A stretch of 64,000 bases of DNA from a virus. Taxonomy: Duplodnaviria; Heunggongvirae; Uroviricota; Caudoviricetes. How positions within the stretch are numbered: the first letter of the stretch is position 1; each line of letters begins with the position of its first letter. Shown here piece after piece: positions 8,460-17,283 of this stretch. The position numbers and the translations under genes are program-made. The notes beneath the pieces are model-generated. The model ran no database searches. It had not been told where the DNA came from and saw only the letters and a list, made by a program, of their open reading frames with translations. The stretch lies in the IMG/VR virus record IMGVR_UViG_3300000976_000008, positions 207,223-271,222 of that record; one strand, given 5' to 3'.

Positions 8460-8728
8460 TTACTCATCCTGTCGAGTTGTCGATTTACTAGGGCGATCCA
8501 TCGTCCCACTGGAACCTTTTCCATCTTCTCGAATTGCTCCGGTTCAAGATGGCTAGCAATGATCGCTTCAAATTGTGGCAAGTAGACCAGTTTGGCTTTC
8601 CAGTCTCTGTTAGGAAGCGACGCTGCTTTTTCGTGTGCTATTCTCTTGCGTCGAAACCATTCTTTCTGGCCCCATTTCTCCGCCATTTCAGTATCGCGTG
8701 ATGCTTCGGACTTGATTGTGAAGGCCAT
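8456..8728 (-). CDS. Hypothetical protein
   Basis: 90-aa ORF, AGGA RBS, long structured leader. Confidence 0.65.
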   Translation of the reverse strand: MAFTIKSEASRDTEMAEKWGQKEWFRRKRIAHEKAASLPNRDWKAKLVYLPQFEAIIASHLEPEQFEKMEKVPVGRWIALVNRQLDRMSK

Positions 8729-8745
8729 CGTTCATTCCTGGATTG

Positions 8746-8854
8746 GGGGACAGTGTTAGCAGACTTGCGGATATTCGGGATGACTTTGCGTTTCATCAGT
8801 GCCCGCCGCTTCTAAAGCAACAAGCCGCCTGCCAGAACCTTTCAGGGTATCCCC
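8746..8854 (-). ncRNA. Candidate structured leader RNA
   Basis: Nested stems GGGGATA/TGTCCCC, TGGCAGGC/GTCTGCTA, GCGG/CCGC, GATGA/TCATC between the promoter motif and the RBS. Confidence 0.45.
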
Positions 8855-8870
8855 TTAGTTGTGTGCCTAT

Positions 8871-8897
8871 TTGTTACGAAACAACACCCTCAGTTAA
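8871..8897 (-). promoter_or_regulatory. Conserved promoter-like element
   Basis: TTAAC-N13-TCGTAACAA-N5-CA. Confidence 0.7.
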
Positions 8898-9161
8898 TTT
8901 CTCTCTCTTCTTTCTCAGAAGTCTATTGAGTTCTCCTTCGATACGCATCACAACTCCCTCAGCATCGTCGGGATCTATGATATAGAACCCCCAATTCCCA
9001 TTAATTCCAGCGTGTGTAGGATGCAAACGAGAATCCGTGTTCGAAGCAGGATCTGTGATTCTTTCGATAACGCTCTTGACCTGTTCAGGAGTGATCCCAG
9101 CGTTCATGTATTTTTCGGCACTAAGAACAACCTTAGTCCACAGATCATAGCTGAGCATCAC
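8874..9161 (-). CDS. Hypothetical protein
   Basis: Coupled ORF. Confidence 0.6.
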   Translation of the reverse strand: MMLSYDLWTKVVLSAEKYMNAGITPEQVKSVIERITDPASNTDSRLHPTHAGINGNWGFYIIDPDDAEGVVMRIEGELNRLLRKKREKLTEGVVS

Positions 9162-9358
9162 ACAAAATCCTCAGGATCTTTACCGCGACGACAAATCTGC
9201 CTGTCAGCTTCGTTCACGATCTTTATAGCTGTCTGGACTGAGGATCTAACCAATGCTACATTGCAGTTTCGACCATCACCAATCAAAGATGCAGCTATTA
9301 GTGAAACCATCTGCACTTTCGCAAGATGTTGTAATGGGTCGTGATCATCTCGCGACAT
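9158..9358 (-). CDS. Hypothetical protein
   Basis: Coupled ORF. Confidence 0.55.
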   Translation of the reverse strand: MSRDDHDPLQHLAKVQMVSLIAASLIGDGRNCNVALVRSSVQTAIKIVNEADRQICRRGKDPEDFV

Positions 9359-9809
9359 GTGGGTGGCCTTTTAGAAGATCATCGAGCATCGAAAGATGCA
9401 AAACGAGTTGTTTCATTTGTGGGAGTGCCCAATCTTGTGGTCGGATATAAGTCGTCTGTTGGACATTGCCAGTAACATCTAGGCGAGGTCTATCGGACAA
9501 TACGACTGTCATGTCAGTTTTCTCAAGCTCTGGAAGAATGCAAGCGGTCTTAGTGTCGCCACCACCCAGAGTCAAATCAATCGTATCCTCGATAGGATGA
9601 TTCGGTCCGAATGGTCGAGTCAACAGAATCGCTTCATCGTAGTAGAAAACTCTACCAACAGCATATCTGTCGAAAAGTCCTAGAAGAAGCTCACCACGAT
9701 TACCTCGTTCATAAAGACGACGACAAGATCCGCTAAAATCAACACAAAGAATCACGTCTTCATCTCCAAAATGAGAAACCCCGGCCCAGCACAACCTTCC
9801 ACCCAACAT
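9345..9809 (-). CDS. Degenerate vWA-like protein
   Basis: ILCVDFSGS (DxSxS), GGGDT and VVLSD resemble the vWA half of 56156..57589. Confidence 0.55.
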   Translation of the reverse strand: MLGGRLCWAGVSHFGDEDVILCVDFSGSCRRLYERGNRGELLLGLFDRYAVGRVFYYDEAILLTRPFGPNHPIEDTIDLTLGGGDTKTACILPELEKTDMTVVLSDRPRLDVTGNVQQTTYIRPQDWALPQMKQLVLHLSMLDDLLKGHPHVAR

Positions 9810-9897
9810 CAGTTAGCACGTCAGCTTTGACGCACAGGTCGTGTTACTCGGACCGATCATCGGGAACGTCGGGGTAACCCCGATCAATTGTACTTTC

Positions 9898-9924
9898 TTA
9901 TTGCGAGAGCCAACTTGCCGTTAA
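9898..9924 (-). promoter_or_regulatory. Conserved promoter-like element
   Basis: TTAAC-N13-TCGCAATAA-N5-TACAAT, followed by a TCGGGG/CCCCGA hairpin. Confidence 0.7.
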
Positions 9925-10247
9925 ATTCGACCCATTGGCAACGGTGGTTCGTTCGCCATTCTACCAACCAATGCTTCAACTGGTTCAGGGTTAGAAATGC
10001 AAGCCAAGTCTGTCTCATACTGGCTAGCCATCTTCACCCATTCATCAGCGACGCATGGTGTCATGTGTTCGCAGAGGTAAGAATGGACCTCATTGAAATC
10101 GACGAGTCTGCTCACGACACCTTCAACAGAAATCGTAAAAACCGGATCGTCACCTTCAAAGATTGAAATCAATCCACAATGTTCACTAGCAGACCAATGA
10201 CTTGGTAAGATTGTGTTCGCAGCAGCTTCGATTTCAGAGAGAATCAT
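9921..10247 (-). CDS. Hypothetical protein, paralogue of 3382..3900
   Basis: Shared N-terminal domain; stop lies in the TTAAC box. Confidence 0.7.
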   Translation of the reverse strand: MILSEIEAAANTILPSHWSASEHCGLISIFEGDDPVFTISVEGVVSRLVDFNEVHSYLCEHMTPCVADEWVKMASQYETDLACISNPEPVEALVGRMANEPPLPMGRI

Positions 10248-10343
10248 AATCTTGTCCCAAGAAGCCACTCGACCCAATCACAACAAGGTAATAACCTTGA
10301 GATATCAAGCCGAGTGGAGCAGGCTTCTGAATTGTCTATCCCT

Positions 10344-10370
10344 CTGTTACAAGACAAGGCATCCAGTTAA
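10344..10370 (-). promoter_or_regulatory. Conserved promoter-like element
   Basis: TTAAC-N13-TTGTAACAG-N5-TAGACAATTC. Confidence 0.72.
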
Positions 10371-10663
10371 ATGAAGTCCTTCCTAGGGGCTGGATATGTC
10401 TCGATTTCTAAAGAATCGCCAGCAAACTGGATCATGCTTATACGATAATCAGTGTCCATGTAAATCAATGTATCACTCTTAGTAATCTGTTCGGATTCAC
10501 TCAAACTAATTATGACCCAACATTTTGGGGGAGTCTCTGGAGTGATCTCGACTTCTTTGCAAAACCAAGTGATTCCGCCATCTTTCCGAAACTTTCTCTT
10601 TTCAAGTTGATGGTAAGATAGACGTTTAGGCACGTGCGTTTCCAATTTGGAAATCCTCTTCAA
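10367..10663 (-). CDS. Paralogue family A protein
   Basis: ITWFCKEVEITPETPPKCWVII. Confidence 0.65.
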   Translation of the reverse strand: MKRISKLETHVPKRLSYHQLEKRKFRKDGGITWFCKEVEITPETPPKCWVIISLSESEQITKSDTLIYMDTDYRISMIQFAGDSLEIETYPAPRKDFI

Positions 10664-11255
10664 ATTTGAGTATTTCTCTCAGTATCTCATTGTGAACATC
10701 ATTATCGCCGAGATAATAATTCATATGATGGATTCGTGGTGCGGGTGCATCTTCTTTTCTTGGAATATCGAGCCTATCTTCCAAGATTAGTAACACAGTC
10801 GGTGGTTTTACGTCATATGTCATCGAGAGGATTATGGAGCTAGTTCGAGTTTGATAACATAAGTCATCGTTGCGGCGGTGAACGTTAGGACCTGGTTTGA
10901 GGCCAAGAATTTTTCTCTTTAGATGAGAAGTAAGCATGAAACGAGCATAAGTTCGATCCATTGCAATCTCATGTAATTTGTTCGCAACATTGTGTTCGAA
11001 ATTCGGTTCAGAAATCAAGAATTTATAGGTCGTCTGTGTATACTCACCATCTATTACAAGTTCTGCGACTTCTCCTTCTACGTCGATAAAATAGGTCGTA
11101 GATCCAAATGGTGTTTTAATTCCACCTTTGTGAAAATCTCCTCTGCTTGTGTCAAGATATTTAGCAGCAGCGATCACGTGATATGGACATATTCGCATGA
11201 TCGCCTCTATGATCAACGCTTTAGCAACTTTTTCGATATCTCTACTTTGGGTCAT
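10626..11255 (-). CDS. Paralogue family B protein (two repeats)
   Basis: KALIIEAI..., YKFLISEPNF, YYLGDND; similar along its length to 11242..11847. Confidence 0.7.
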   Translation of the reverse strand: MTQSRDIEKVAKALIIEAIMRICPYHVIAAAKYLDTSRGDFHKGGIKTPFGSTTYFIDVEGEVAELVIDGEYTQTTYKFLISEPNFEHNVANKLHEIAMDRTYARFMLTSHLKRKILGLKPGPNVHRRNDDLCYQTRTSSIILSMTYDVKPPTVLLILEDRLDIPRKEDAPAPRIHHMNYYLGDNDVHNEILREILKFEEDFQIGNARA

Positions 11256-11847
11256 GTTCTCGTATTAATCTTACGATTTTCTGTTTCAGCTCTGGATCAG
11301 ACAATTTGTAAGTTTCAATATGTGAGTATATCCGAGCGTTATCTCTTCGGTTGACTATAAAAACTTGCACTTCATCCCTATCATAATTAATATTAATATG
11401 AATGTATTTGTGAAGAGTCTTTAGTTGGATGTCACACGGATTCGCTATAATATCCTCTCTTTCAGAGAGGTATTCAACCCGATTGATCAAGTAAGAAGTT
11501 ATCCTCGATTGTCTTCTCGGTCGATTGATGGCTAATATGTAGAGTTTTTTCGCCAAAGCCACATGAAAGTCAGGGTCGGATAGGTAGAATTTATTCTGGG
11601 CATTTCTACTCCCGATACTTAGATAGATAGTGTCATCTGGATCATTGCAACCTTTCGGCTGCATATAATCGATGAAATAATTCTCAGATCTCGCGTGATC
11701 TCCCACACATCCTTGTATGTAATGACCATGGTCGACGATCGCGTGTTCCGGCAACCTATCTCTAATCGCTTCCATAATTATCGCACTGGAAGCCTTCCAT
11801 AATGTGTTCGATATTATGTCAGTGTCGTTATCATGACGTCCGTCCAT
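11242..11847 (-). CDS. Paralogue family B protein (two repeats)
   Basis: FYLSDPDF and YKLSDPEL motifs. Confidence 0.7.
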   Translation of the reverse strand: MDGRHDNDTDIISNTLWKASSAIIMEAIRDRLPEHAIVDHGHYIQGCVGDHARSENYFIDYMQPKGCNDPDDTIYLSIGSRNAQNKFYLSDPDFHVALAKKLYILAINRPRRQSRITSYLINRVEYLSEREDIIANPCDIQLKTLHKYIHININYDRDEVQVFIVNRRDNARIYSHIETYKLSDPELKQKIVRLIREHDPK

Positions 11848-12137
11848 TTGGTGTTTACGCTTTCAGTCGTTATGACTCTTTTTCGCTTTTTGTTCTTAGC
11901 TAATCTCTTACTAATTCTATGAGGTACTCCCTGTGGTAGAGTGCCAATTCTAGTGTGAAGGATCATGAACTCTTGATCTTGATGAACCAGGACTTTTTGC
12001 TTATGTCCACTTCCAAATGTCACAACTAGATCATCAGATTCCGTCTCTGGAGTTATTTCATCCTTGAATAGAAGCCAACAGATATTGCCATCCATGACCC
12101 ATCTGTCGAATAATTTGTAAGCCTTATAATCTTTCAC
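11814..12137 (-). CDS. Paralogue family A protein
   Basis: YKL...ICWLLFKDEITPETESDDLVV. Confidence 0.65.
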   Translation of the reverse strand: MKDYKAYKLFDRWVMDGNICWLLFKDEITPETESDDLVVTFGSGHKQKVLVHQDQEFMILHTRIGTLPQGVPHRISKRLAKNKKRKRVITTESVNTKWTDVMITTLT

Positions 12138-12322
12138 CGATTATTGCAACCTTCTCCGTTGCAAGAGATGCATTTGACCCAGAAATAACTCATCCACTCA
12201 CATCGTTCACAACCGGATTCACAACACCGTTGTTGGATCTCTCCATATGAACAATTTGGGTCAGGTTCAATTTCTTTTCTCTTAGACATTACGACAATAC
12301 TCCAACACAGCATCGATAGCAT
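12134..12322 (-). CDS. Small Cys-rich protein (start probably 12289)
   Basis: Multiple CxxC/CxxGC; GGAG RBS before MSKRKE. Confidence 0.5.
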   Translation of the reverse strand: MLSMLCWSIVVMSKRKEIEPDPNCSYGEIQQRCCESGCERCEWMSYFWVKCISCNGEGCNNR

Positions 12323-12362
12323 TTTGAGGAAACTTCGGGTCCGCTATATCGTCGTCAGTCAA
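12282..12362 (-). pseudogene. Remnant C-terminus of a family B gene (LTDDDIADPKFPQNAIDAVLEYCRNV)
   Basis: Translated by hand; matches AADPEFPQNVV of 54942..55427; in-frame stop just upstream. Confidence 0.45.
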
Positions 12363-12646
12363 GGGATCGTCATCTCATTCACGAAGGTTTGGGCGAAAAT
12401 CTGCGTCTTGATGGATAGATGCTTAGCACCTTTTATAACACCAAGAACATCATAATTCATGATCCTATAGAACAAGTGTGGATTAGACATCGTGCTAAGT
12501 GTTCTATTTTCAAGATCTACAAAGATCACTCTTCGAGAGTCGAGATCAGGATCTTCAAGACCACTGTCTGTAAGACGCCAAGAGAGTTGTGTATTACCTG
12601 ATCTGTCTTTCAGGTTCTGCACATCTATAGCAAGTCTATAAATCAT
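12359..12646 (-). CDS. Paralogue family A protein
   Basis: IYRL...LSWRLTDSGLEDPDLDSRRVIFV. Confidence 0.75.
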   Translation of the reverse strand: MIYRLAIDVQNLKDRSGNTQLSWRLTDSGLEDPDLDSRRVIFVDLENRTLSTMSNPHLFYRIMNYDVLGVIKGAKHLSIKTQIFAQTFVNEMTIP

Positions 12647-12930
12647 TGTGGGAATGGTCTCATAAGCTGGGTTGGTTGCAATTCAGTTTTGACATAAGCT
12701 GGATAGTTATCACCAGCTACAATATGTTCGAAGATTTTGAAACCCAAATCCCCCCGCCACAACACGCCGTTCTTCGTTACAACCATCTCACTGGGATCTG
12801 CATCAGGATCATCAATTCCAATTGAACTAAGATTCCAATGGAGCATTGATCGCGGCTCATTCTCGTAAGGGCTGGTAACCCTCAGGATCTTCTTGCTGGT
12901 AACCAAGTAAATTCTAGTGACAACGTCCAT
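12643..12930 (-). CDS. Paralogue family A protein
   Basis: LHWNLSSIGIDDPDADPSEMVV. Confidence 0.7.
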   Translation of the reverse strand: MDVVTRIYLVTSKKILRVTSPYENEPRSMLHWNLSSIGIDDPDADPSEMVVTKNGVLWRGDLGFKIFEHIVAGDNYPAYVKTELQPTQLMRPFPQ

Positions 12931-13283
12931 TATGATGCACTAGCAAGGATTAATGCGGCGATCCCGGCTATAGATGACACGATCAGTAGAGAAATGAACC
13001 AGCATTCGATGATCTCTCCAACAAAAGTGTTTTTATCTTTACTGAGAAGTTCTTTGAGGCGAAGAATCGCATGGTTTAGACTATTGGGGTGAGTCAGATC
13101 GTAAATCTCATCCTCTGCACCATCGATAAACGCAGCAATGATCAAAGAGCGACCTTTGATATTGATCATCGCAGATTTATCTGCCCGTTTCAGTAGAGCA
13201 GAGTTTTTGCCATACTTTTCAACTACAGTGCTTTGCGTGGCTATAGCAATCTCAGAGATCACAGCTTTCGATATATCAGTCAT
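12930..13283 (-). CDS. Paralogue family B protein with C-terminal TM helix
   Basis: IYDLTHPNSL; hydrophobic tail. Confidence 0.65.
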   Translation of the reverse strand: MTDISKAVISEIAIATQSTVVEKYGKNSALLKRADKSAMINIKGRSLIIAAFIDGAEDEIYDLTHPNSLNHAILRLKELLSKDKNTFVGEIIECWFISLLIVSSIAGIAALILASAS

Positions 13284-13524
13284 TTTGCGAAAAAGCTTTC
13301 CTAGTCACTACAAATCTGTCACTCGCTCCAGATCTTAAATCAGAGACAATCTCATATACACAATCATTATGAGTTAACATACCTCTTTCAGTATACGGAT
13401 TGTCTTCTATGGTGACGAACTCGGCTTTGGGAGATTCCAAGCCATTTTGACTTATCAGCCAAGTGTACTGTTTACTCTTTGGAGACGTTGTCGTAGGGCC
13501 TTTCTTAATTCTGTAGATTCTCAC
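13276..13524 (-). CDS. Paralogue family A protein
   Basis: IYRI...YTWLISQNGLESPKAEFVTI. Confidence 0.7.
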   Translation of the reverse strand: MRIYRIKKGPTTTSPKSKQYTWLISQNGLESPKAEFVTIEDNPYTERGMLTHNDCVYEIVSDLRSGASDRFVVTRKAFSQND

Positions 13525-13817
13525 ATGAACTCCGGGAATCTGTCATGTTTGTGATATTCGAATCGCTTTCGTTCTTTCTTGCGATACTTGAAGTAATCCT
13601 GAGATTCTACAGATGACCAGGTCGTGATCGTCCCGATATCGGAATTAATGTTGACAATGTAAAACTTCTCACCTTCATAAGTGAGTATGTTATTACCGCC
13701 AGATAACGCTATGATCCCTAGATGATCTATGTCGGGATTTGCGAGATCTTCGTTATATTCCCATTTGATTACACACCCATTTGTGTTCGGCAAGCTTTTT
13801 AACGTGAAGTATTGCAT
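13521..13817 (-). CDS. Paralogue family A protein
   Basis: IKWEYNEDLANPDIDHLGII...LTYEGEKFYI. Confidence 0.7.
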   Translation of the reverse strand: MQYFTLKSLPNTNGCVIKWEYNEDLANPDIDHLGIIALSGGNNILTYEGEKFYIVNINSDIGTITTWSSVESQDYFKYRKKERKRFEYHKHDRFPEFM

Positions 13818-14128
13818 TCCCGATTTGCCGTTGCGTGTGAGTAAAGAGTAAAGTGTGTCGTGCTGCTATGGTCAAGATAGATTAGCTTAAAATCCACGTC
13901 TTCATGCGTTATGAGATCTGGTAAAGCCGCTTCTTCAGGATTTTCAGTATCTTGTAGCGTGACAAGTATCAACTCTCTAGACGGCGTTGTAGGAACAATA
14001 TCAAAGGTCAGATCCACCAACCAAACAAAACGATCATTGATTCTAGTTGGCGGTTCAGCCAGTCTATAGAACTCTTGAGTAGCCATTTGATTCAACCAAG
14101 TAGAAAGTGTGCATCTTTTTCGGGTCAA
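13799..14128 (-). CDS. Paralogue family A protein (true start probably internal, MATQEF)
   Basis: FYRL...FVWLVDLTFDIVPTTPSRELILV. Confidence 0.6.
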   Translation of the reverse strand: MTRKRCTLSTWLNQMATQEFYRLAEPPTRINDRFVWLVDLTFDIVPTTPSRELILVTLQDTENPEEAALPDLITHEDVDFKLIYLDHSSTTHFTLYSHATANRECNTSR

Positions 14129-14705
14129 TCATAGCCAGATCGCCTTTCTTACCATCACGAAAGTCTTCAAGAAGCTCGACTAACCATATGTTATTCCTAC
14201 TTTCTGAATCATAATGGTAGTCAGAAACAATACCCGTATAGAGCTTCTCGGTGAGCTTAAAGCCATATTGGTCAGTAGAAGGTGAATTTTCGTCTAGTTT
14301 GTAGCAAAAGGCTACTCTATCACGATGGTCCCAGACAATTTCTCCATCTCTAGTGAAGTGTGTCACTTCGAGAGGATCAACATAATCATGTTCACCAATT
14401 ATATCAGTTTTACAACAAATCCGTTCGCCACGCACATGATGAACTCTATATCCCTTCCGCTGTGTGAAATACTGGAATCCAGTGCGGGAATATTGCCTCT
14501 GCTTAATGCCGTAAACAAGATCTCCTGTGCGTATTGTGGCTAATACGCATCTTTCTCGTTCTGCGATCTCTTTGAGAATTTGGTCGACTTCATCGAGAGC
14601 AGGATCTGAGCAATTCATTTCTCGACTGATGAGAGGTCGGGCGTATCTTTTCTTCTCATCGTATTTTCTTCTCTTCTCGTCCTCAGTCATCTTTCGCAAC
14701 TCCAA
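14064..14705 (-). CDS. Hypothetical protein
   Basis: 213-aa ORF in a coupled run. Confidence 0.65.
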   Translation of the reverse strand: MELRKMTEDEKRRKYDEKKRYARPLISREMNCSDPALDEVDQILKEIAERERCVLATIRTGDLVYGIKQRQYSRTGFQYFTQRKGYRVHHVRGERICCKTDIIGEHDYVDPLEVTHFTRDGEIVWDHRDRVAFCYKLDENSPSTDQYGFKLTEKLYTGIVSDYHYDSESRNNIWLVELLEDFRDGKKGDLAMIDPKKMHTFYLVESNGYSRVL

Positions 14706-14910
14706 CAGTCATCACCCTGAAAGTGGCTTTTTGGGGTGGAGCATCAGCTGCTACGTATACGACGTCCTTGAAGAACAAGCGATTGCCTTCTATCCCGACT
14801 ATCTGATCTTCTCGGGTTTCAGGATTTTCGATACCAATCTCAGTTAGATTCCACAATATACGATCCATGAATGTACCGCTGACCCGATTTATCAATCTCA
14901 CGAATCTCAT
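14683..14910 (-). CDS. Paralogue family A protein
   Basis: ILWNLTEIGIENPETREDQIVGI. Confidence 0.7.
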   Translation of the reverse strand: MRFVRLINRVSGTFMDRILWNLTEIGIENPETREDQIVGIEGNRLFFKDVVYVAADAPPQKATFRVMTVGVAKDD

Positions 14911-14916
14911 GGTTTG

Positions 14917-14944
14917 ATGTTACGGAATGAGAATGCCAGGTTAA
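14917..14944 (-). promoter_or_regulatory. Conserved promoter-like element
   Basis: TTAAC-N14-CCGTAACAT, 6 nt from the ATG at 14910 (possibly leaderless). Confidence 0.55.
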
Positions 14945-15288
14945 TAAGGATCTACAGGAGTCTTCACAACCATCATGTTTCTTGGGATGTCCGTTTGATA
15001 CACGATAGGTTGCACGCCACTTTGAAGGATCTTGTATCTGAACTTGTTCCCATCAGAGTAAAGATGATCACCATCTATCAACACGAAGTTTGTGGTATTC
15101 TTGGGATCTTCTAACCCGTCATGCATTAGAAACCACAACAGAGAATTCTCAAGGTCCAACCCTTTTATTTGTCTATCAAGCATAGTCTTGACGATTGAAT
15201 AGGCTTCAGCCATATTAGATCTCTTATCGTGAGTGCTATCTTCTCTGGATGCTCTGGATCGGCGATATCGTAGAAAGTATATCTGCAA
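14941..15288 (-). CDS. Paralogue family A protein (start probably 15213)
   Basis: LLWFLMHDGLEDPKNTTNFVLI...LYSDGNKF. Confidence 0.7.
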   Translation of the reverse strand: MQIYFLRYRRSRASREDSTHDKRSNMAEAYSIVKTMLDRQIKGLDLENSLLWFLMHDGLEDPKNTTNFVLIDGDHLYSDGNKFRYKILQSGVQPIVYQTDIPRNMMVVKTPVDPY

Positions 15289-15515
15289 CCATCTATACTT
15301 ACAGCAAGTCTATCATCCTTGGGATCGATATACATTGTTAGAACATGTACGCCATCTCGGAAAAATGACCAGTTGTTGTACTTGGGTGATCTGCGGCATT
15401 TGACGTCTTGATCAAACTCTTTAGCGTAATTTACTATTCGAGATTCAACAGCCTCGTAAATCACATTATAAATCGCCGCATAAAAAGCGGGATTTTCACT
15501 TTCTTGCTTGTTCAC
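15165..15515 (-). CDS. Paralogue family B protein
   Basis: AAIYNVIYEAV...FYDIADPEHPEKI. Confidence 0.7.
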   Translation of the reverse strand: MNKQESENPAFYAAIYNVIYEAVESRIVNYAKEFDQDVKCRRSPKYNNWSFFRDGVHVLTMYIDPKDDRLAVSIDGCRYTFYDIADPEHPEKIALTIRDLIWLKPIQSSRLCLIDK

Positions 15516-15765
15516 TCGAAAATCCTTGTGGCTTGCAGTGATAAATCCAATCTTTGCTAGTAGTTTTATACCTACCCGTTATCCTATAAGAAATGCCTTT
15601 GTGAAACAGGATCATATCTGTGAGGTTGACCAGAATTAATCGATTCTCCGACGTACTGGGATCAGATATTAAATGTTGATCATTTTCATCAACAAAAACT
15701 GTCAAGTTGAGAGAAGCGTAAGTCACTGTATTGGCGACAATTGGAACGAATTTGCTAGATATCAT
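15496..15765 (-). CDS. Paralogue family A protein (divergent)
   Basis: LISDPSTSENRLILV...LFHKGISYRI. Confidence 0.6.
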   Translation of the reverse strand: MISSKFVPIVANTVTYASLNLTVFVDENDQHLISDPSTSENRLILVNLTDMILFHKGISYRITGRYKTTSKDWIYHCKPQGFSSEQARK

Positions 15766-16039
15766 AATATGTGGATTCCAGCCATTCTGATTTTATTTCG
15801 GCAACCGGTTTTCCCTCTATTATCCTCAAATTGCCATGAACGTAACCAGTGCATCGATAAGCTCGATCACAATAATAAAAGACTTCTCCTTGAACTAGAA
15901 GTATCTTATTATAAGGGATTGCAGGATAATCGATACCTTCGGAAGTCACTGATAATGCCACTGATCCGTCAGTATGTTCGATCGCTTCTAGTATTATGAA
16001 TGCTTTTTCTACCACCAAGTATTTTTCGTAACAATGCAA
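15755..16039 (-). CDS. Paralogue family A protein (divergent)
   Basis: LSVTSEGIDYPAIPYNKILLV. Confidence 0.55.
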   Translation of the reverse strand: MHCYEKYLVVEKAFIILEAIEHTDGSVALSVTSEGIDYPAIPYNKILLVQGEVFYYCDRAYRCTGYVHGNLRIIEGKPVAEIKSEWLESTYYDI

Positions 16040-16527
16040 GCAGATCCGTCATCACTAGTATTTGTTCTCAACACTCTGTAGAGTCTATTATGATACTTGA
16101 GTGTATTCTGATCTTCGCCTTCAATCACTATTGCGGTATCTGGTCCAATTTTGGAATCTTCTATCGAAACTGTCCAATAAACTTCTTCTAGACCATTGGA
16201 TAATTGAGTGCTAGCAACGTTATAGACTCCTATTATTCTGTGATGGGGATCGCGTTGAGTCCAAATCGTCAGAACATCATGACCACGCACATTCATAACA
16301 GATGACTTAGTAATCCTCCAATCCCTATCTCCGTGAGATAGAGTATTAGTATTGATTATCACTAAATCAGAATCTTTAAGATCTGGACTTTCTAAACCTC
16401 GTTCATCTAGAGTCCAATATGTCGTTGTTGATTGTTTTCTTTTGTTTCGCAACTTGAAGACTTGATTCTTGCTTTGGTCAAGAAATCTACGTCCGAGCCA
16501 ATCATCCATCTCTGCATTCCTTGACAT
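16009..16527 (-). CDS. Paralogue family A protein, two tandem domains
   Basis: TYWTLDERGLESPDLKDSDLVII and VYWTVSIEDSKIGPDTAIVI. Confidence 0.75.
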   Translation of the reverse strand: MSRNAEMDDWLGRRFLDQSKNQVFKLRNKRKQSTTTYWTLDERGLESPDLKDSDLVIINTNTLSHGDRDWRITKSSVMNVRGHDVLTIWTQRDPHHRIIGVYNVASTQLSNGLEEVYWTVSIEDSKIGPDTAIVIEGEDQNTLKYHNRLYRVLRTNTSDDGSACIVTKNTWW

Positions 16528-16590
16528 CAGTGACTGTCCAGATTATGTAAGATTGAGCTTGCATCATGCACTTTGAGACTTGATAAAAGT

Positions 16591-16893
16591 TCATGTGTCT
16601 ATTGAAGCCCTTATTTCAGTATAACAACCGACGTCATTCTTTTGACTGCGTTCCTTGCGGAAGAACTTGATTTGAAATTTCAATCCACAATGGAGAACGA
16701 ATCGTTTATCGACAACAGCTATATCAGTCTCTTTCAAGTCAGGATCGTTCAATCCTTCCTCATTCAACAACCAAAAACGATAGCCATGTGCTTTATCGAT
16801 TGATACTTGAATCACCTTATAGACTTCCACGCTCAAATCGTTATGTCCATATTGCGAACAACGAAAGACATTGTTCCGTCGTCTTTTTCCCAA
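16591..16893 (-). CDS. Paralogue family A protein (true start internal)
   Basis: VYKV...FWLLNEEGLNDPDLKETDIAVV. Confidence 0.7.
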   Translation of the reverse strand: MGKRRRNNVFRCSQYGHNDLSVEVYKVIQVSIDKAHGYRFWLLNEEGLNDPDLKETDIAVVDKRFVLHCGLKFQIKFFRKERSQKNDVGCYTEIRASIDT

Positions 16894-17075
16894 GTTAGAT
16901 CGGCGATGAAGAATTTCCCACTCGTATGGTTAAGTGTTCGATCTTCTTCAATCATCACAAGATCTTCTTCAGAGAGATCAGGATCTTCTAGACCATGAGG
17001 ACACACTGTCCATTGTGAATATGTGCCACTTGATGTCTTTGAAATCAAACGGTACAAACCAGCTTTACCGTACAT
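16833..17075 (-). CDS. Paralogue family A protein
   Basis: LYRL...QWTVCPHGLEDPDLSEEDLVMI. Confidence 0.75.
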   Translation of the reverse strand: MYGKAGLYRLISKTSSGTYSQWTVCPHGLEDPDLSEEDLVMIEEDRTLNHTSGKFFIADLTWEKDDGTMSFVVRNMDITI

Positions 17076-17283
17076 CGGTTCCAGTCATTGCGACGTAACA
17101 ATTCTTGGAGACACGCAACTTACCGATAGAGGTTATGTCGTAAATGCCTCCGTTATGATGTAATTCTTTCTGGTCAATGATCACAAGATCAGAACAAGAA
17201 TCAGGATTTTCCAAATCTTCAGTAGTCACAAACCACGAACGAGTTTGACTACTCTCAGACATATGAACGAGTTTGAATATCAT
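17065..17283 (-). CDS. Paralogue family A protein
   Basis: IFKL...SWFVTTEDLENPDSCSDLVII...LHHNGGIYDI. Confidence 0.75.
   Translation of the reverse strand: MIFKLVHMSESSQTRSWFVTTEDLENPDSCSDLVIIDQKELHHNGGIYDITSIGKLRVSKNCYVAMTGTDVR

Noticed and set aside
8746-8854. c-di-GMP-I riboswitch or hammerhead ribozyme
   Set aside because: Contains ACGCAAAG and CTGATGA, but the other required conserved elements and stems are not in the right arrangement
2394-10370. CRISPR array
   Set aside because: The repeats are degenerate and separated by whole genes, not constant-length spacers; no cas genes
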